DNA of 64,000 nucleotides from a bacterium (lineage in GTDB: Bacteria > Patescibacteriota > Saccharimonadia > Saccharimonadales > JAUPVS01): contig JAKOXV010000003.1 in NCBI GenBank assembly GCA_029780855.1, positions 20,953 to 84,952 of the forward strand, in the 5' to 3' direction. Shown here piece after piece: positions 31,171-40,400 of this stretch (positions are counted from its first letter, which is position 1; every line of letters begins with the position of its first letter). The notes under the pieces are model-generated. The model ran no database searches and was not told the DNA's origin. It saw nothing but the letters and a program-made list of their open reading frames with translations. The position numbers were made by a program, and so were the translations under genes.

Positions 31171-32058
31171 CTAGCGGTCTAGACCTTTGAGTGCCAAAAA
31201 GTCTTTTCCTATCTCCATGACCACTGTTTTAGATACACTCACACGCTTGCCGGGAGCCATTGTTTTGCCGGCTGTTTCCAGGCGTTGGATGGTTTTTTTA
31301 TCAAAATTTTCCACAGCATATTCCCTCAACCAATGCGCCAGAACTTCCGCTGAAACGTGATGCGGTAGGCTAATAAACCAGTGTCGGTCCAGCTTGTCGG
31401 CGCGTGATTGTACATGCATCTGGGATTCTAGTAATGTATCGATTTTTTGGTTAAGTTCTTTGGTGTCCAGCACAAGCTGCAGTAGCAGCTGTCGATCTGA
31501 AGCACTGAATTTGGGCAGTATGCTGTTACGCACATAGTTACGCAGGTACCGCTCGTCTTCGTTGGTAGAGTCCTCCCGCCACCGTATGTTGTGTTTTTTT
31601 GCATAGGCTATGATTTCATCTTTATTGAGATGCAGCATTGGTCGCACTACATGTGTTCGGCTACGGAGCGCTGAAAGCCCCTTGCGACCAGTACCGCGCA
31701 GCATGTTCAAGATTGCTGTTTCCAGCATATCGTCCTGATGATGTGCGGTGATAATTGCCTGGGATTGGGTTACGGTACGTATACGTTCCAGGAATGCGTA
31801 CCGTGCCTTTCGAGCCGCCGCTTCGCTGGCATTGGAGCCAAGCTGACCCATATCATACACAAAGGGTAGACCGAGCTTTTGCGCAGTCTCTTGCACTAAT
31901 ACCCGATCTTCTGCAGAATCAGCACGAATACCGTGGTCATAGTGAGCAACGGTTAGCTGGACTCCCCGCACATCGGCAAGGGCGTGTAGGAGCACCATAC
32001 TATCCACGCCACCAGACACCGCAAGCACATATCTTCCTGGATTAACTTCAAGCTTCAC
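31171..32058 (-). CDS. tilS: tRNA(Ile)-lysidine synthase TilS (short form)
   Basis: AVSGGVDS PP-loop, HHQDDMLET, EDSTN, RNYVR; 295 aa. Confidence 0.95.
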   Translation of the reverse strand: MKLEVNPGRYVLAVSGGVDSMVLLHALADVRGVQLTVAHYDHGIRADSAEDRVLVQETAQKLGLPFVYDMGQLGSNASEAAARKARYAFLERIRTVTQSQAIITAHHQDDMLETAILNMLRGTGRKGLSALRSRTHVVRPMLHLNKDEIIAYAKKHNIRWREDSTNEDERYLRNYVRNSILPKFSASDRQLLLQLVLDTKELNQKIDTLLESQMHVQSRADKLDRHWFISLPHHVSAEVLAHWLREYAVENFDKKTIQRLETAGKTMAPGKRVSVSKTVVMEIGKDFLALKGLDR

Positions 32059-32076
32059 CCTATAATCTTACCAGTA

Positions 32077-32595
32077 ATGAAACATATTTACTTCGCTCGA
32101 CACGGTCTCAGTGTCCTTAATAAAGCTGGCCTAATGGCTGGACACACCAATACACCACTTACCGATGAGGGAAGAGAGCAAGCTAAAAGTGCCGGCCACG
32201 CAGCAAAAGATTTGGGCATTGATTATATTGTCAGTTCCCCGCTGTCTCGCGCCCATGAAACGGCAGAAATCATCGCCAAAGAAATCGGCTACCCTGTAGA
32301 TAAAATCCATGTAAGTTCGCTGTTTATAGAAAGAAACTACGGACCATACGAGCAGCATCCGTGGTCACCTGATCTAAACCTGGATGGCTTTGCCGATGTA
32401 GAATCACGTGATGAAATCCTGGAACGCGCCAAATTAGCTATTGAATTTTTGCAAACTATCGATGCCAAAAACATACTGGTAGTTGCCCATGGCTCATTGG
32501 GGCGAGCACTCCGACATCACATCATGACTAAGTTTCCGTGGGAACACCCATCAGGGCTCAAAAATGCCGAAATTGTCAGATGGGATTTTAGCTAA
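32077..32595 (+). CDS. Histidine phosphatase (phosphoglycerate mutase) family protein
   Basis: RHG, SSPLSRA, VAHG motifs. Confidence 0.9.
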   Translation: MKHIYFARHGLSVLNKAGLMAGHTNTPLTDEGREQAKSAGHAAKDLGIDYIVSSPLSRAHETAEIIAKEIGYPVDKIHVSSLFIERNYGPYEQHPWSPDLNLDGFADVESRDEILERAKLAIEFLQTIDAKNILVVAHGSLGRALRHHIMTKFPWEHPSGLKNAEIVRWDFS

Positions 32596-33136
32596 GCTGC
32601 AGAGCCCGGTTTAAAGAGTGGAACTCCACTGCTTCAATAGGGAACGTAAACCAAGTTCCGTGCGGTTCCGTTTCCCTGACCTCACCCGCTTCTGCGTCAA
32701 AAACGGTGCTGGTGGTGTCGTGCTCAGTAGAAATTTGTAGGTAAACCACCGGCTTTACTCGCTGATTATTAGTACCCTGTAAAACGGTAACATTCTGGAT
32801 TTTTTCTCTGGCAATTTTCATATGACTGTACTGTTCGTCTTCCATCACGGCGTTTTCGGAGACCAGTTGTTGGTAACGAGACTGCCCCGGCAGAGCCGAG
32901 AATGTTTTTGGCATAGAAAGAAGTAATATATCTCCGTCTTGTATCGCTTCAGCGAGTACCGCCAGTTCCTGCTGTAATTGCGCCCGTGCAAATCCCTTCA
33001 GCAGACTTGGCTTCTCTTTTGCGTTTATCGCTCTTGCGAGCGCCAATACCGATTCTCGACTCCCTGCAAGGTTCTGCAGATCAATGTACTGCTCTTCGCT
33101 TGCTACCTCTTGTATATCGTTTTCAAGTATTGCCAT
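32588..33136 (-). CDS. Hypothetical protein
   Basis: 182-aa ORF preceded by GGGAG. Confidence 0.7.
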   Translation of the reverse strand: MAILENDIQEVASEEQYIDLQNLAGSRESVLALARAINAKEKPSLLKGFARAQLQQELAVLAEAIQDGDILLLSMPKTFSALPGQSRYQQLVSENAVMEDEQYSHMKIAREKIQNVTVLQGTNNQRVKPVVYLQISTEHDTTSTVFDAEAGEVRETEPHGTWFTFPIEAVEFHSLNRALQLS

Positions 33137-33334
33137 ATTTTTCTCCCATTAAAAAAGACACCTCGCCCGATGTCGTCCTAATTTCTTTTGGTTTTCCAGC
33201 TTTCATACTGGGATTTCATTATAGCACTGCAAAAGAAAGATCCACAAGCGGTTTGCCGCGATATCAACTGCTGCACCGATTTGCCAAAAATAGTGATTGT
33301 CTTTACCACTGGTGCTAAAATATTAGAGGGCTGC

Positions 33335-34015
33335 ATGAAAGATTCGGACTCACTAGAAGCGTTGTTCTTCACTGCAAACCGACGGCAAAGTTATCCAAAA
33401 GGGTCAACAATAGTGTACCGTGGCGGCAATCTAGACTATGTCTACTATATTGATTCGGGGTTAGTAAAGGTCTGTGATTTTGATATGTTTGGCTCAGAGC
33501 GGATTGTAATGATTGCGCCAGAAGGCCGTATGCTCCCCATATCATGGGTGATGTCGCGTCAACCTCCCGATGGCGCCATGTATGACTATATCGCCATAAC
33601 CAATGTCACCTGCTACATTCTCCCAATCCAGCAAGTACGAAATTACATTACAGACAACCCTGTTCTGTGTCGCGATATCACAGAACAGACAATTAAGATG
33701 TATGTGAATGCAACCGCTCGAATATACAATTTACAGCGTTCCAATGTTATAGAAAAAATTGAATTCGTGTTTTATTACCTAGCGATCGTGCTCGGCAAAA
33801 AACTAGATGACACTTCCTACATCGTTGAAGCGCCGTTTACCCATAATCAGCTTGCCGGGCTTGCCGGCTTAAGCCGAGAAGCCGTTTCTCATGAACTTCG
33901 AAAAGAAAGATACAGGGACGTATACTATAAAAAAGATGGCAGCACGATCATAGACATTAGTAAAATTGATACTGCACACATGCCGTACCTGTATTCCATG
34001 CGCCGTACGGCATAG
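33335..34015 (+). CDS. Crp/Fnr family transcriptional regulator
   Basis: cNMP-binding domain 'YYIDSGLVKV...G.ERI' and HTH 'THNQLAGLAGLSREAVSHEL'. Confidence 0.9.
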   Translation: MKDSDSLEALFFTANRRQSYPKGSTIVYRGGNLDYVYYIDSGLVKVCDFDMFGSERIVMIAPEGRMLPISWVMSRQPPDGAMYDYIAITNVTCYILPIQQVRNYITDNPVLCRDITEQTIKMYVNATARIYNLQRSNVIEKIEFVFYYLAIVLGKKLDDTSYIVEAPFTHNQLAGLAGLSREAVSHELRKERYRDVYYKKDGSTIIDISKIDTAHMPYLYSMRRTA

Positions 34016-34017
34016 TG

Positions 34018-34665
34018 CTAATGCACTTCTGCTTCGTTGCACCGTTTATACCGCCAGAACCGGCTAGCTTTGGTGGTGCAGTTCTGGCTGGTAGCAACGC
34101 TAGAACTCTCGGTAGTTTTTGGAATAGGGGTCAGATCGGCTGCTTGCTCAGTCGGCGCGGCAACCTCAACACCCGCTACCTGTATGTCAGGTGACGCCTT
34201 TGGAACATACTGTGGAGGGGCGACACTAATGGGAGTGGATTCCGGCTGCTTAGTCACTGCCAAACCTTTTGCAGCCCCGGGCGTAACCATTCGCTGGGCC
34301 GACACAAACACCGCTACGGCAAGCACTGCAACTACGGCAAAAGCCAGAGAAAAGCACAAAACCGATGCATTACGTCCAGTACTTGTGGCCGGCTCGCTTT
34401 GAGATGTCCGCTGTGGCGTGGTGGGATACGGAGTACTCTGTACTGCTTTGCTACGGTCTTTTTGGTGTAGCTGATTTGTATACCGAAACCGTGTTACGGG
34501 GTCAGAAAGCACCTGATACGCCAGATTTATGCGTACCATTTTTTCGTGGTCACCACCCTGATCCGGGTGATGCCGCTTCACCAGATGTAGATAGCGCCGT
34601 TTTATCTCTGAAGAACTTGCGTCCTCAGAAATCCCCAGTACGGAATAGTGATTCTCCCCCGCCAT
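34018..34665 (-). CDS. J-domain protein with central TM helix
   Basis: 'HYSVLGI...HHPD...INLAYQVLSDP' followed by a hydrophobic segment and a low-complexity tail. Confidence 0.88.
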   Translation of the reverse strand: MAGENHYSVLGISEDASSSEIKRRYLHLVKRHHPDQGGDHEKMVRINLAYQVLSDPVTRFRYTNQLHQKDRSKAVQSTPYPTTPQRTSQSEPATSTGRNASVLCFSLAFAVVAVLAVAVFVSAQRMVTPGAAKGLAVTKQPESTPISVAPPQYVPKASPDIQVAGVEVAAPTEQAADLTPIPKTTESSSVATSQNCTTKASRFWRYKRCNEAEVH

Positions 34666-34718
34666 AGTAGTCTCTATTTTATCAAAAATAGCGCCCGAAG
34701 ACGCTAGTGAAACAATAA

Positions 34719-34795
34719 TGGTAGCGGGAGCGAGACTTGAACTCGCGACCTCAGGCTTATGAGTCCTGCGCTCTAACCAGCTGAGCTATCCCGCC
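34719..34795 (-). tRNA. tRNA-Met(CAU), probable elongator
   Basis: GGCGGGATAGCTCAGCTGGTTAGAGC...CTCATAA...GTTCAAGTC...CCA; G2-C71 and C3-G70 pairs. Confidence 0.93.
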
Positions 34796-34865
34796 GTATC
34801 GAAAGTATTTGCTTGCCGCCAAATAACAGGTGTGAATATACCACATCTGTTATGGAAACAAAAGA

Positions 34866-34897
34866 GTAGAGAGTCCCCGCATTTGAAGACTCTCTAC
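34866..34897 (-). terminator. Hairpin / putative terminator downstream of the micro-ORF pair
   Basis: GTAGAGAGTC...GACTCTCTAC inverted repeat followed by TCTTTT on the minus strand. Confidence 0.6.
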
Positions 34898-34912
34898 ATT
34901 ACCGTACGACTC

Positions 34913-35011
34913 TTATCGCTTTTTAACAACTTTGATCTGGTGACTGTGTTCAAAGTTAGCGGGTAGAATTGGTGCTCCCTTTTGGGGAGGCAATACATCT
35001 TGAATTAACAT
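34913..35011 (-). CDS. Putative 32-aa microprotein
   Basis: MLIQDVLPPQKGAPILPANFEHSHQIKVVKKR*, preceded by AGGGG. Confidence 0.45.
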   Translation of the reverse strand: MLIQDVLPPQKGAPILPANFEHSHQIKVVKKR

Positions 35012-35024
35012 GGTTTTCCCCTAT

Positions 35025-35108
35025 TTACAGAGATTGAAGAATCTCGTCTACTTCTAAGATTTGCTTGTTGCTAGTAGGAGCAAGTTCGTATGAGAAGTTT
35101 TCTAACAT
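35025..35108 (-). CDS. Putative 27-aa microprotein
   Basis: MLENFSYELAPTSNKQILEVDEILQSL*, preceded by AAAGGGCAC. Confidence 0.4.
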   Translation of the reverse strand: MLENFSYELAPTSNKQILEVDEILQSL

Positions 35109-35167
35109 TGTTTTGGTGCCCTTTTTACTTTGTTTTATGGTTTTTGTTTATCATGACAACACTATGT

Positions 35168-35195
35168 ATTATACAAGTTTTTGCTTATTTGTCAA
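35168..35195 (-). promoter_or_regulatory. Consensus sigma-70 promoter
   Basis: TTGACA-N16-TATAAT on the minus strand. Confidence 0.75.
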
Positions 35196-35220
35196 TAAGC
35201 TTATGTTAATTCATATATGA

Positions 35221-35249
35221 TTGACAGTCTTACCTCTGTTTGATAGTAT
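35221..35249 (+). promoter_or_regulatory. Sigma-70 promoter of the initiator tRNA
   Basis: TTGACA-N17-TAGTAT. Confidence 0.75.
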
Positions 35250-35278
35250 TAAAGCTGCTTCACAAAAAGTGATGATAT

Positions 35279-35353
35279 CGCGGGATGGAGCAGTGGCAGC
35301 TCGCGTGGCTCATAACCACGAGGTCGCAGGTTCGAGTCCTGCTCCCGCTACCA
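35279..35353 (+). tRNA. Initiator tRNA-fMet(CAU)
   Basis: CGCGGGA start with C1/U72 mismatch, A11-U24, CAT anticodon, encoded CCA. Confidence 0.93.
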
Positions 35354-35390
35354 AAACAAAGACCCTTCTTCGGAAGGGTTTTTGTTTTGG
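35351..35390 (+). terminator. Intrinsic terminator after tRNA-fMet
   Basis: CCAAAACAAAGACCCTTC-TTCG-GAAGGGTTTTTGTTTTGG. Confidence 0.85.
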
Positions 35391-35413
35391 TTCTTGTGCA
35401 AGACTCGGTTCTG

Positions 35414-35927
35414 CTACCAGCCCAGTAAAGCTGGCGTGGTGGTATTTTTCATGGGCTGCGTATCACTGTCGTTACACTGTTTCCCGAAATTCACCACTGT
35501 TATTGATAAGTCTTTTGAAACGCTCCAGAGCGTATCGGAATCATAGCTAGATTTTAGCTGAAAAGTCGGATACAGTCCGTTATGGTCTTAGCCGTCATAA
35601 CAGTTTGCTTCGTTAGTATTTCCACCTGACCTGCAGTACACCACGTCTTTGGTCATAGTGAGATGAGCCGTATCGATTCCGACCTCCTGGACGGTATCAC
35701 AGTTTTTGAGATTGTTCCTTGCTCGGACTAGACATTCTCTCGTTTGTGAAGCTATCAAGCCAGCGTCATTCCGGACCTCCCGGTTTCTTTCGTAACGCTG
35801 AGCAACAGGAACCACAAATAGTATGACGATGAGTATGAGCGCCGCAATAACCAGCACTATTTAGTACCTCAATTATCGTAAAGCCCTGGTTCCCTAGTTT
35901 TGCTGGCCTACCAGTGCGGTGCCACAT
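35414..35927 (-). pseudogene. Type IV pilin pseudogene (one-base insertion plus premature TAA)
   Basis: MWHRTGRPAKLGNQG|FTIIEVL, then a frameshift at ~35861 into IVLVIAALILIVILFVVPVAQR; the frame stays open 57 codons past TAA 35588-35590. Confidence 0.75.
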
Positions 35928-36028
35928 CCCACTACCCCGTTTACTGTATGTATAGGGGCATTATACAGCACTGCGGCCGCTTGTCTTTGCCGGCCGCCTG
36001 CAGTACGCTTATGCTTAAGGAGAATGAT

Positions 36029-36763
36029 ATGGACGATTTTATAGCACCTAGTACATCAGACAACGAAAAACCAAGGCCAGAAGACGGCGAACCAACACCA
36101 AGTACGCGTATTCCAATGCAAGACACTCCCCGCATGCAGCCCCCTAAAAGATCCCGATCAAAAAAGGCGCTGGTGTGGATTCTGGTAACACTCTTAGTAG
36201 CAGCTGGTGCTGCATACGGAGCATACTACTGGCAACAGAAACAGCTAGACGATCAGCAAGCGGTGAACCAAAAGCAGATTGCCGCTTTGAGGGCAGATGT
36301 TGCCGCCGCCAAAGACGCCAAGGCTTCTAAGGCAACCACCACGGCATACTCAGTGAAAATGCCCAACAACAAAACCATCAGCTACCCCCTTACCGATGCT
36401 AACGCTACGATACTGTGGTGGTACGGAAATGAAAAAACCGACAGCCAGCAGGCCAACGGAACATATCTGTACGTTTCAAGCACAAAATTAGCACGATTTA
36501 TTTCCACCATTCCTGGTGAGTACCTAAAAACAGTCTGTGGCAACCAGGCCCCCACAAGTGGTTTTGATACTGCCAGCATTGATATGTTTGCACTAACCAC
36601 CAGCGACAAAACGCTCACCAAGCGGCAAGCAGCAAACTGCGTTGACATGCTATCCTCCAGTACCACCAACAAGGCCGGAACCTACAAAGATGAGGCCGTA
36701 AAACTACTCGCAGAAGTAAAAGCAGACATAGACGCCTGGGTGAAAGACGTCACTATTAAATAG
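36029..36763 (+). CDS. Single-TM protein with disordered N-terminus and extracellular domain
   Basis: AAGGAG RBS before ATG 36029; basic patch, TM helix, coiled coil, two Cys. Confidence 0.8.
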   Translation: MDDFIAPSTSDNEKPRPEDGEPTPSTRIPMQDTPRMQPPKRSRSKKALVWILVTLLVAAGAAYGAYYWQQKQLDDQQAVNQKQIAALRADVAAAKDAKASKATTTAYSVKMPNNKTISYPLTDANATILWWYGNEKTDSQQANGTYLYVSSTKLARFISTIPGEYLKTVCGNQAPTSGFDTASIDMFALTTSDKTLTKRQAANCVDMLSSSTTNKAGTYKDEAVKLLAEVKADIDAWVKDVTIK

Positions 36764-36825
36764 CGTAAACAAAACATACTTTCCCAATCGTTGTGTAATT
36801 CATATATTTCCATAAGCGTTTTATA

Positions 36826-39318
36826 ATGGTTGGAATGCTTTGGCATACCAGAACGCTAGAAACTGTTTATGAAGATCTGCACACCTCTGCCGATGGTTTG
36901 TCTGAAACCGAGGCAATACAACGCCTCAAACGCTACGGCCCCAATCAACTTGCTATAAAAAAAGACCCTTGGTGGGCGGTTATAATCGAGCCGTTCCGGT
37001 CAATATTCATTGCGATACTTTTACTGGCCGCTTTTATTAGCCTGCTCAATCACGAATCACTAGATACGGCTATCATCCTGACAATTATTGTAATTAACGC
37101 GGTTATTTTTTATGTACAGCATTTTGCCACGAATCGTGTACTCCGCAGTTTGAAAAGACACAATATCCAGCAGGTCAGCGTGTTGCGGAATGGTAAGCTT
37201 ACATCAGTTTCATCACTCGATATCGTACCAGGAGATGTAATCAAATTAGATGAAGGTGAACGCATACCCGCCGATGCCCGGCTTATTCATATGGAAAATC
37301 TGCAGATTAATGAATCATCTCTTACCGGCGAATCACTCCCCATTCACAAAACCGTCTCCGTACTATCAGAAGACAAGCCTATATACGAACGGCACAACAT
37401 GGTATTCCAGGGAACGTACGTGCTTGGCGGTACCGGCCTGGCCGTTGTTGTTGATACCGGAGCACACACCGAGTTTGGCGCCATCGCGGCACTTGCCAGC
37501 CAAAAGCCAGAAAAAAGTCCCGTTCAGAAGAAGATTGATGACATCGTAGGCCTACTCATAAAGGTGCTTTCAGGCCTTGCCTTGGTAGTGTTTATGTTGA
37601 GCTTAAGCCGAGGCATATCGGCCACGGAAGCGTTGCGGTTTGTACTGTCCATGAGTGTTTCTGCGGTGCCGGAAGGGCTACCCGTTGCCCTAACGGTCAT
37701 CATCGTCCTGGGCATGCGCCGCATGGCTCAACAAAAGGTACTGATGCGTTCTTTTAAATCGATTGAAGATATTGGGCTCATCACGGTGATTGCTACAGAT
37801 AAAACCGGAACACTCACCAAAAACAATATCAAAGTGACTGAACAGTGGTCGCCTAATGGTGATGATATCAAGCCACTGGTCGCCAAGACGTCCGGTCCGG
37901 GAAACTCCAGCAAAGATCCACTTGATATCGCGCTGTTTGAATACGCCGGATCACATAAGACCGGATTTACACAGGTGTACCCTTTTGACTCCAGTTTACG
38001 TATGAGTGGCGCCTACTACCAGGACGAACATACCGTATTCATCAAAGGTTCCCCCGAACACATCCTTAGCCAGTCTAAGGTCTCAGCAGATGTACGCACC
38101 AAGGCCGAAAGTATGATGCACACCTACGCATCACAAGGTTTCAGGGTTATAGCCATAGCGAAACATAAAACCACGCATGCCCCCGCCGATCTAAAACCTT
38201 TGCAGAAAGCTGCCCTCGAGTTTGTAGGGTTAGTAGCCTGCGCAGACGAGCTCCGGCCAGAAGCCGGCCAAGCACTGCAAAAAGTAGCCGATGCCGGAAT
38301 ACAGGTTAAACTTATCACCGGTGACCATTTTGAAACTGCCTACAACATCGGAAAGAAACTTGGGTTAGTAACACAATCTGACCAGGTGATTACGGGCGCT
38401 GACCTACCAAAAAATCCTGATGAACTTGCAGCCGTAGTCCAGCAAAAAACTATCTTTGCCCGCATAGTTCCAGAAGACAAATTCAATCTACTACGCGCCC
38501 TGCAAAAAACCGACATCACCGCCATGACTGGCGACGGTGTAAATGACGTACCAGCGCTAGCTAACGCCAATGTAGGTATAGCCATGGGATCAGGTAGTGA
38601 CATAGCGAAAGACGCAAGCGATATCGTGCTACTCAACGACAATTTTGCAACGATCGTAGAAGCCCTCAGTGAAGGCCGCAGGATATTCGATAACATCCGA
38701 CGCATGCTCTACTACATCTTATCCACGAGTCTGGGTGAAGTACTAACAATGATAGGGGCGTTGGCAATTGGCCTACCTCTACCGGTTACCGCAGTTCAGA
38801 TTTTGTGGATAAACCTTGTTACGGACACTGCCATGGTACTCCCACTCGGGTTAGAGCCTCACGAAAAAGGTCACATGCAGCGCCCCCCACGTAATCCCAA
38901 AGATCCCCTTCTCAGTAAAACCATGCTGTTCCGGATGGGCTTAGTCGCGGTAACTATGGCGGCAATTAGCCTGGTACTACTTACCATCCTACACGGCAGA
39001 AACTACAGTACCGCGTACATTCAAACGGTGGTGTTTATGTCGTTAATAGCAGCGCAATGGGCAAACGCCTTTAATGCGCGGAGTGAAACGGAGTCTATCC
39101 TAACCCGTATTAAACAAAAAAACTACGGCATGGTGGTTGGGCTCACAGTTGCCGTGGTGTTGCAAATGCTTGTGATGTTTGGCCCACTCGCCAATGCCTT
39201 TAATATTCAGCCAGTAGCACCTGGCATATTACTTGGGTGTGTTTTTGCGTCTATAACGAGCGTTTTGGTGGTTGCCGAGACGCACAAGTGGATCGTCCGC
39301 AGGTTCAAGAATTCGTAA
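36826..39318 (+). CDS. Cation-transporting P-type ATPase (type IIA, Ca2+-like)
   Basis: TGES, PEGL, DKTGTLT, TGD, GDGVND, ILWINLVTD. Confidence 0.95.
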   Translation: MVGMLWHTRTLETVYEDLHTSADGLSETEAIQRLKRYGPNQLAIKKDPWWAVIIEPFRSIFIAILLLAAFISLLNHESLDTAIILTIIVINAVIFYVQHFATNRVLRSLKRHNIQQVSVLRNGKLTSVSSLDIVPGDVIKLDEGERIPADARLIHMENLQINESSLTGESLPIHKTVSVLSEDKPIYERHNMVFQGTYVLGGTGLAVVVDTGAHTEFGAIAALASQKPEKSPVQKKIDDIVGLLIKVLSGLALVVFMLSLSRGISATEALRFVLSMSVSAVPEGLPVALTVIIVLGMRRMAQQKVLMRSFKSIEDIGLITVIATDKTGTLTKNNIKVTEQWSPNGDDIKPLVAKTSGPGNSSKDPLDIALFEYAGSHKTGFTQVYPFDSSLRMSGAYYQDEHTVFIKGSPEHILSQSKVSADVRTKAESMMHTYASQGFRVIAIAKHKTTHAPADLKPLQKAALEFVGLVACADELRPEAGQALQKVADAGIQVKLITGDHFETAYNIGKKLGLVTQSDQVITGADLPKNPDELAAVVQQKTIFARIVPEDKFNLLRALQKTDITAMTGDGVNDVPALANANVGIAMGSGSDIAKDASDIVLLNDNFATIVEALSEGRRIFDNIRRMLYYILSTSLGEVLTMIGALAIGLPLPVTAVQILWINLVTDTAMVLPLGLEPHEKGHMQRPPRNPKDPLLSKTMLFRMGLVAVTMAAISLVLLTILHGRNYSTAYIQTVVFMSLIAAQWANAFNARSETESILTRIKQKNYGMVVGLTVAVVLQMLVMFGPLANAFNIQPVAPGILLGCVFASITSVLVVAETHKWIVRRFKNS

Positions 39319-39381
39319 AAATTATTACTGTTTGAAACTTCGAATGCTGACACACTATACCTTTGCATGCGAGGAGGGTAT

Positions 39382-39696
39382 ATGCAAGAAAGTGAACAGC
39401 CAGTAAGACCAGCTTTTGAACGTATGGAACTATATGACGACGAAGGCTCGCTACCGTCCGCCGTCCTGGCTGAGCACTCCATCCGCATGATGCACCAGAT
39501 ATTGGGAAGATTAGTCCCCGAAACGCACGACCCACGCCAGATTGCGGCACTTTCCATTATTGCCAATGGCATTATCAGGTATACACACTCGGTCTACCGG
39601 TTTGAGCCGGGCTGCGAGCACTTCGGTGAGGCGTTTACTACCAAACCCATACGGTCGTCATCTATGGCTAATGCCTATATGAACCCCTTGGAGTAG
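39382..39696 (+). CDS. Hypothetical protein
   Basis: ORF with GAGGAGG RBS upstream of ATG 39382. Confidence 0.65.
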   Translation: MQESEQPVRPAFERMELYDDEGSLPSAVLAEHSIRMMHQILGRLVPETHDPRQIAALSIIANGIIRYTHSVYRFEPGCEHFGEAFTTKPIRSSSMANAYMNPLE

Positions 39697-39731
39697 CACG
39701 TCCGATTGTTTCCCTGTATACTCAAAGGGCA

Positions 39732-40349
39732 ATGGCAAAAACCGGGGGAAAAAGTGAGTTAACACTCAAAAAAGCACTACCATACGTACTGCTCATTTGT
39801 GCGTTGATTGGACTGATTGCTTCATTTGCCCTGACGTATGACAAAATCCAAGTTCTAAAAAACCCTGCCTATAATCCTAACTGCAACATCAACCCTATAC
39901 TGTCCTGTGGATCGGTCATGAAGACTGAACAAGCAAGTTTGTTTGGTGTTCCTAACACCGTTTTTGGGCTTATGGGCTTTACGGCGCTCGCTACCGTTGC
40001 GGCACTTATGCTAGCTGGTGCAACGTTTAAAAAGTGGATTTGGCAACTTATGCAGCTTGCAGCAACCGTCGGACTTTTCTTTATGCTTTACCTGTTTTTC
40101 CAGGGAGTGTTCCGGATACACGCCATCTGCCCCTACTGTTTTGTTGTGTGGATGATCACCATTCCAATTTTTTGGTATATCACGCTGTATAACCTACGTG
40201 AAAAACACGTAAAGATTCCCGGAGACAAAAAGGGTACGATGAATGAATTTATGCAAAAGAATCATGGAAATATTTTGATCGTGTTTTACCTCATAATTTT
40301 TGGCATACTTTTACACCAATTCTGGTACTACTGGAAAACGCTTATATAA
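39732..40349 (+). CDS. Vitamin K epoxide reductase (VKOR) family disulfide-bond protein
   Basis: 'CNINPILSCGSV', 'ICPYC', TM helices. Confidence 0.93.
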   Translation: MAKTGGKSELTLKKALPYVLLICALIGLIASFALTYDKIQVLKNPAYNPNCNINPILSCGSVMKTEQASLFGVPNTVFGLMGFTALATVAALMLAGATFKKWIWQLMQLAATVGLFFMLYLFFQGVFRIHAICPYCFVVWMITIPIFWYITLYNLREKHVKIPGDKKGTMNEFMQKNHGNILIVFYLIIFGILLHQFWYYWKTLI

Positions 40350-40352
40350 AAT

Positions 40353-40381
40353 AAAAAGCTCCGTGTCATACGGAGCTTTTT
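40353..40381. terminator. Bidirectional intrinsic terminator
   Basis: AAAAAGCTCCGT-GTCAT-ACGGAGCTTTTT. Confidence 0.85.
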
Positions 40382-40400
40382 TACATTGGCTACGAAACGT

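Noticed and set aside
34719..35353. Invertible segment flanked by identical 13-nt tRNA 3' ends
   Set aside because: The identity is explained by shared Met acceptor stems, and no recombinase is present.
35400..35420. GCTACCA as an att-site duplication of the tRNA 3' end
   Set aside because: Only 7 nt match, there is no integrase nearby, and it lies at the end of the pilin pseudogene frame.
35221..35550. 109-aa plus-strand ORF
   Set aside because: Spans the tRNA-fMet promoter, gene and terminator.
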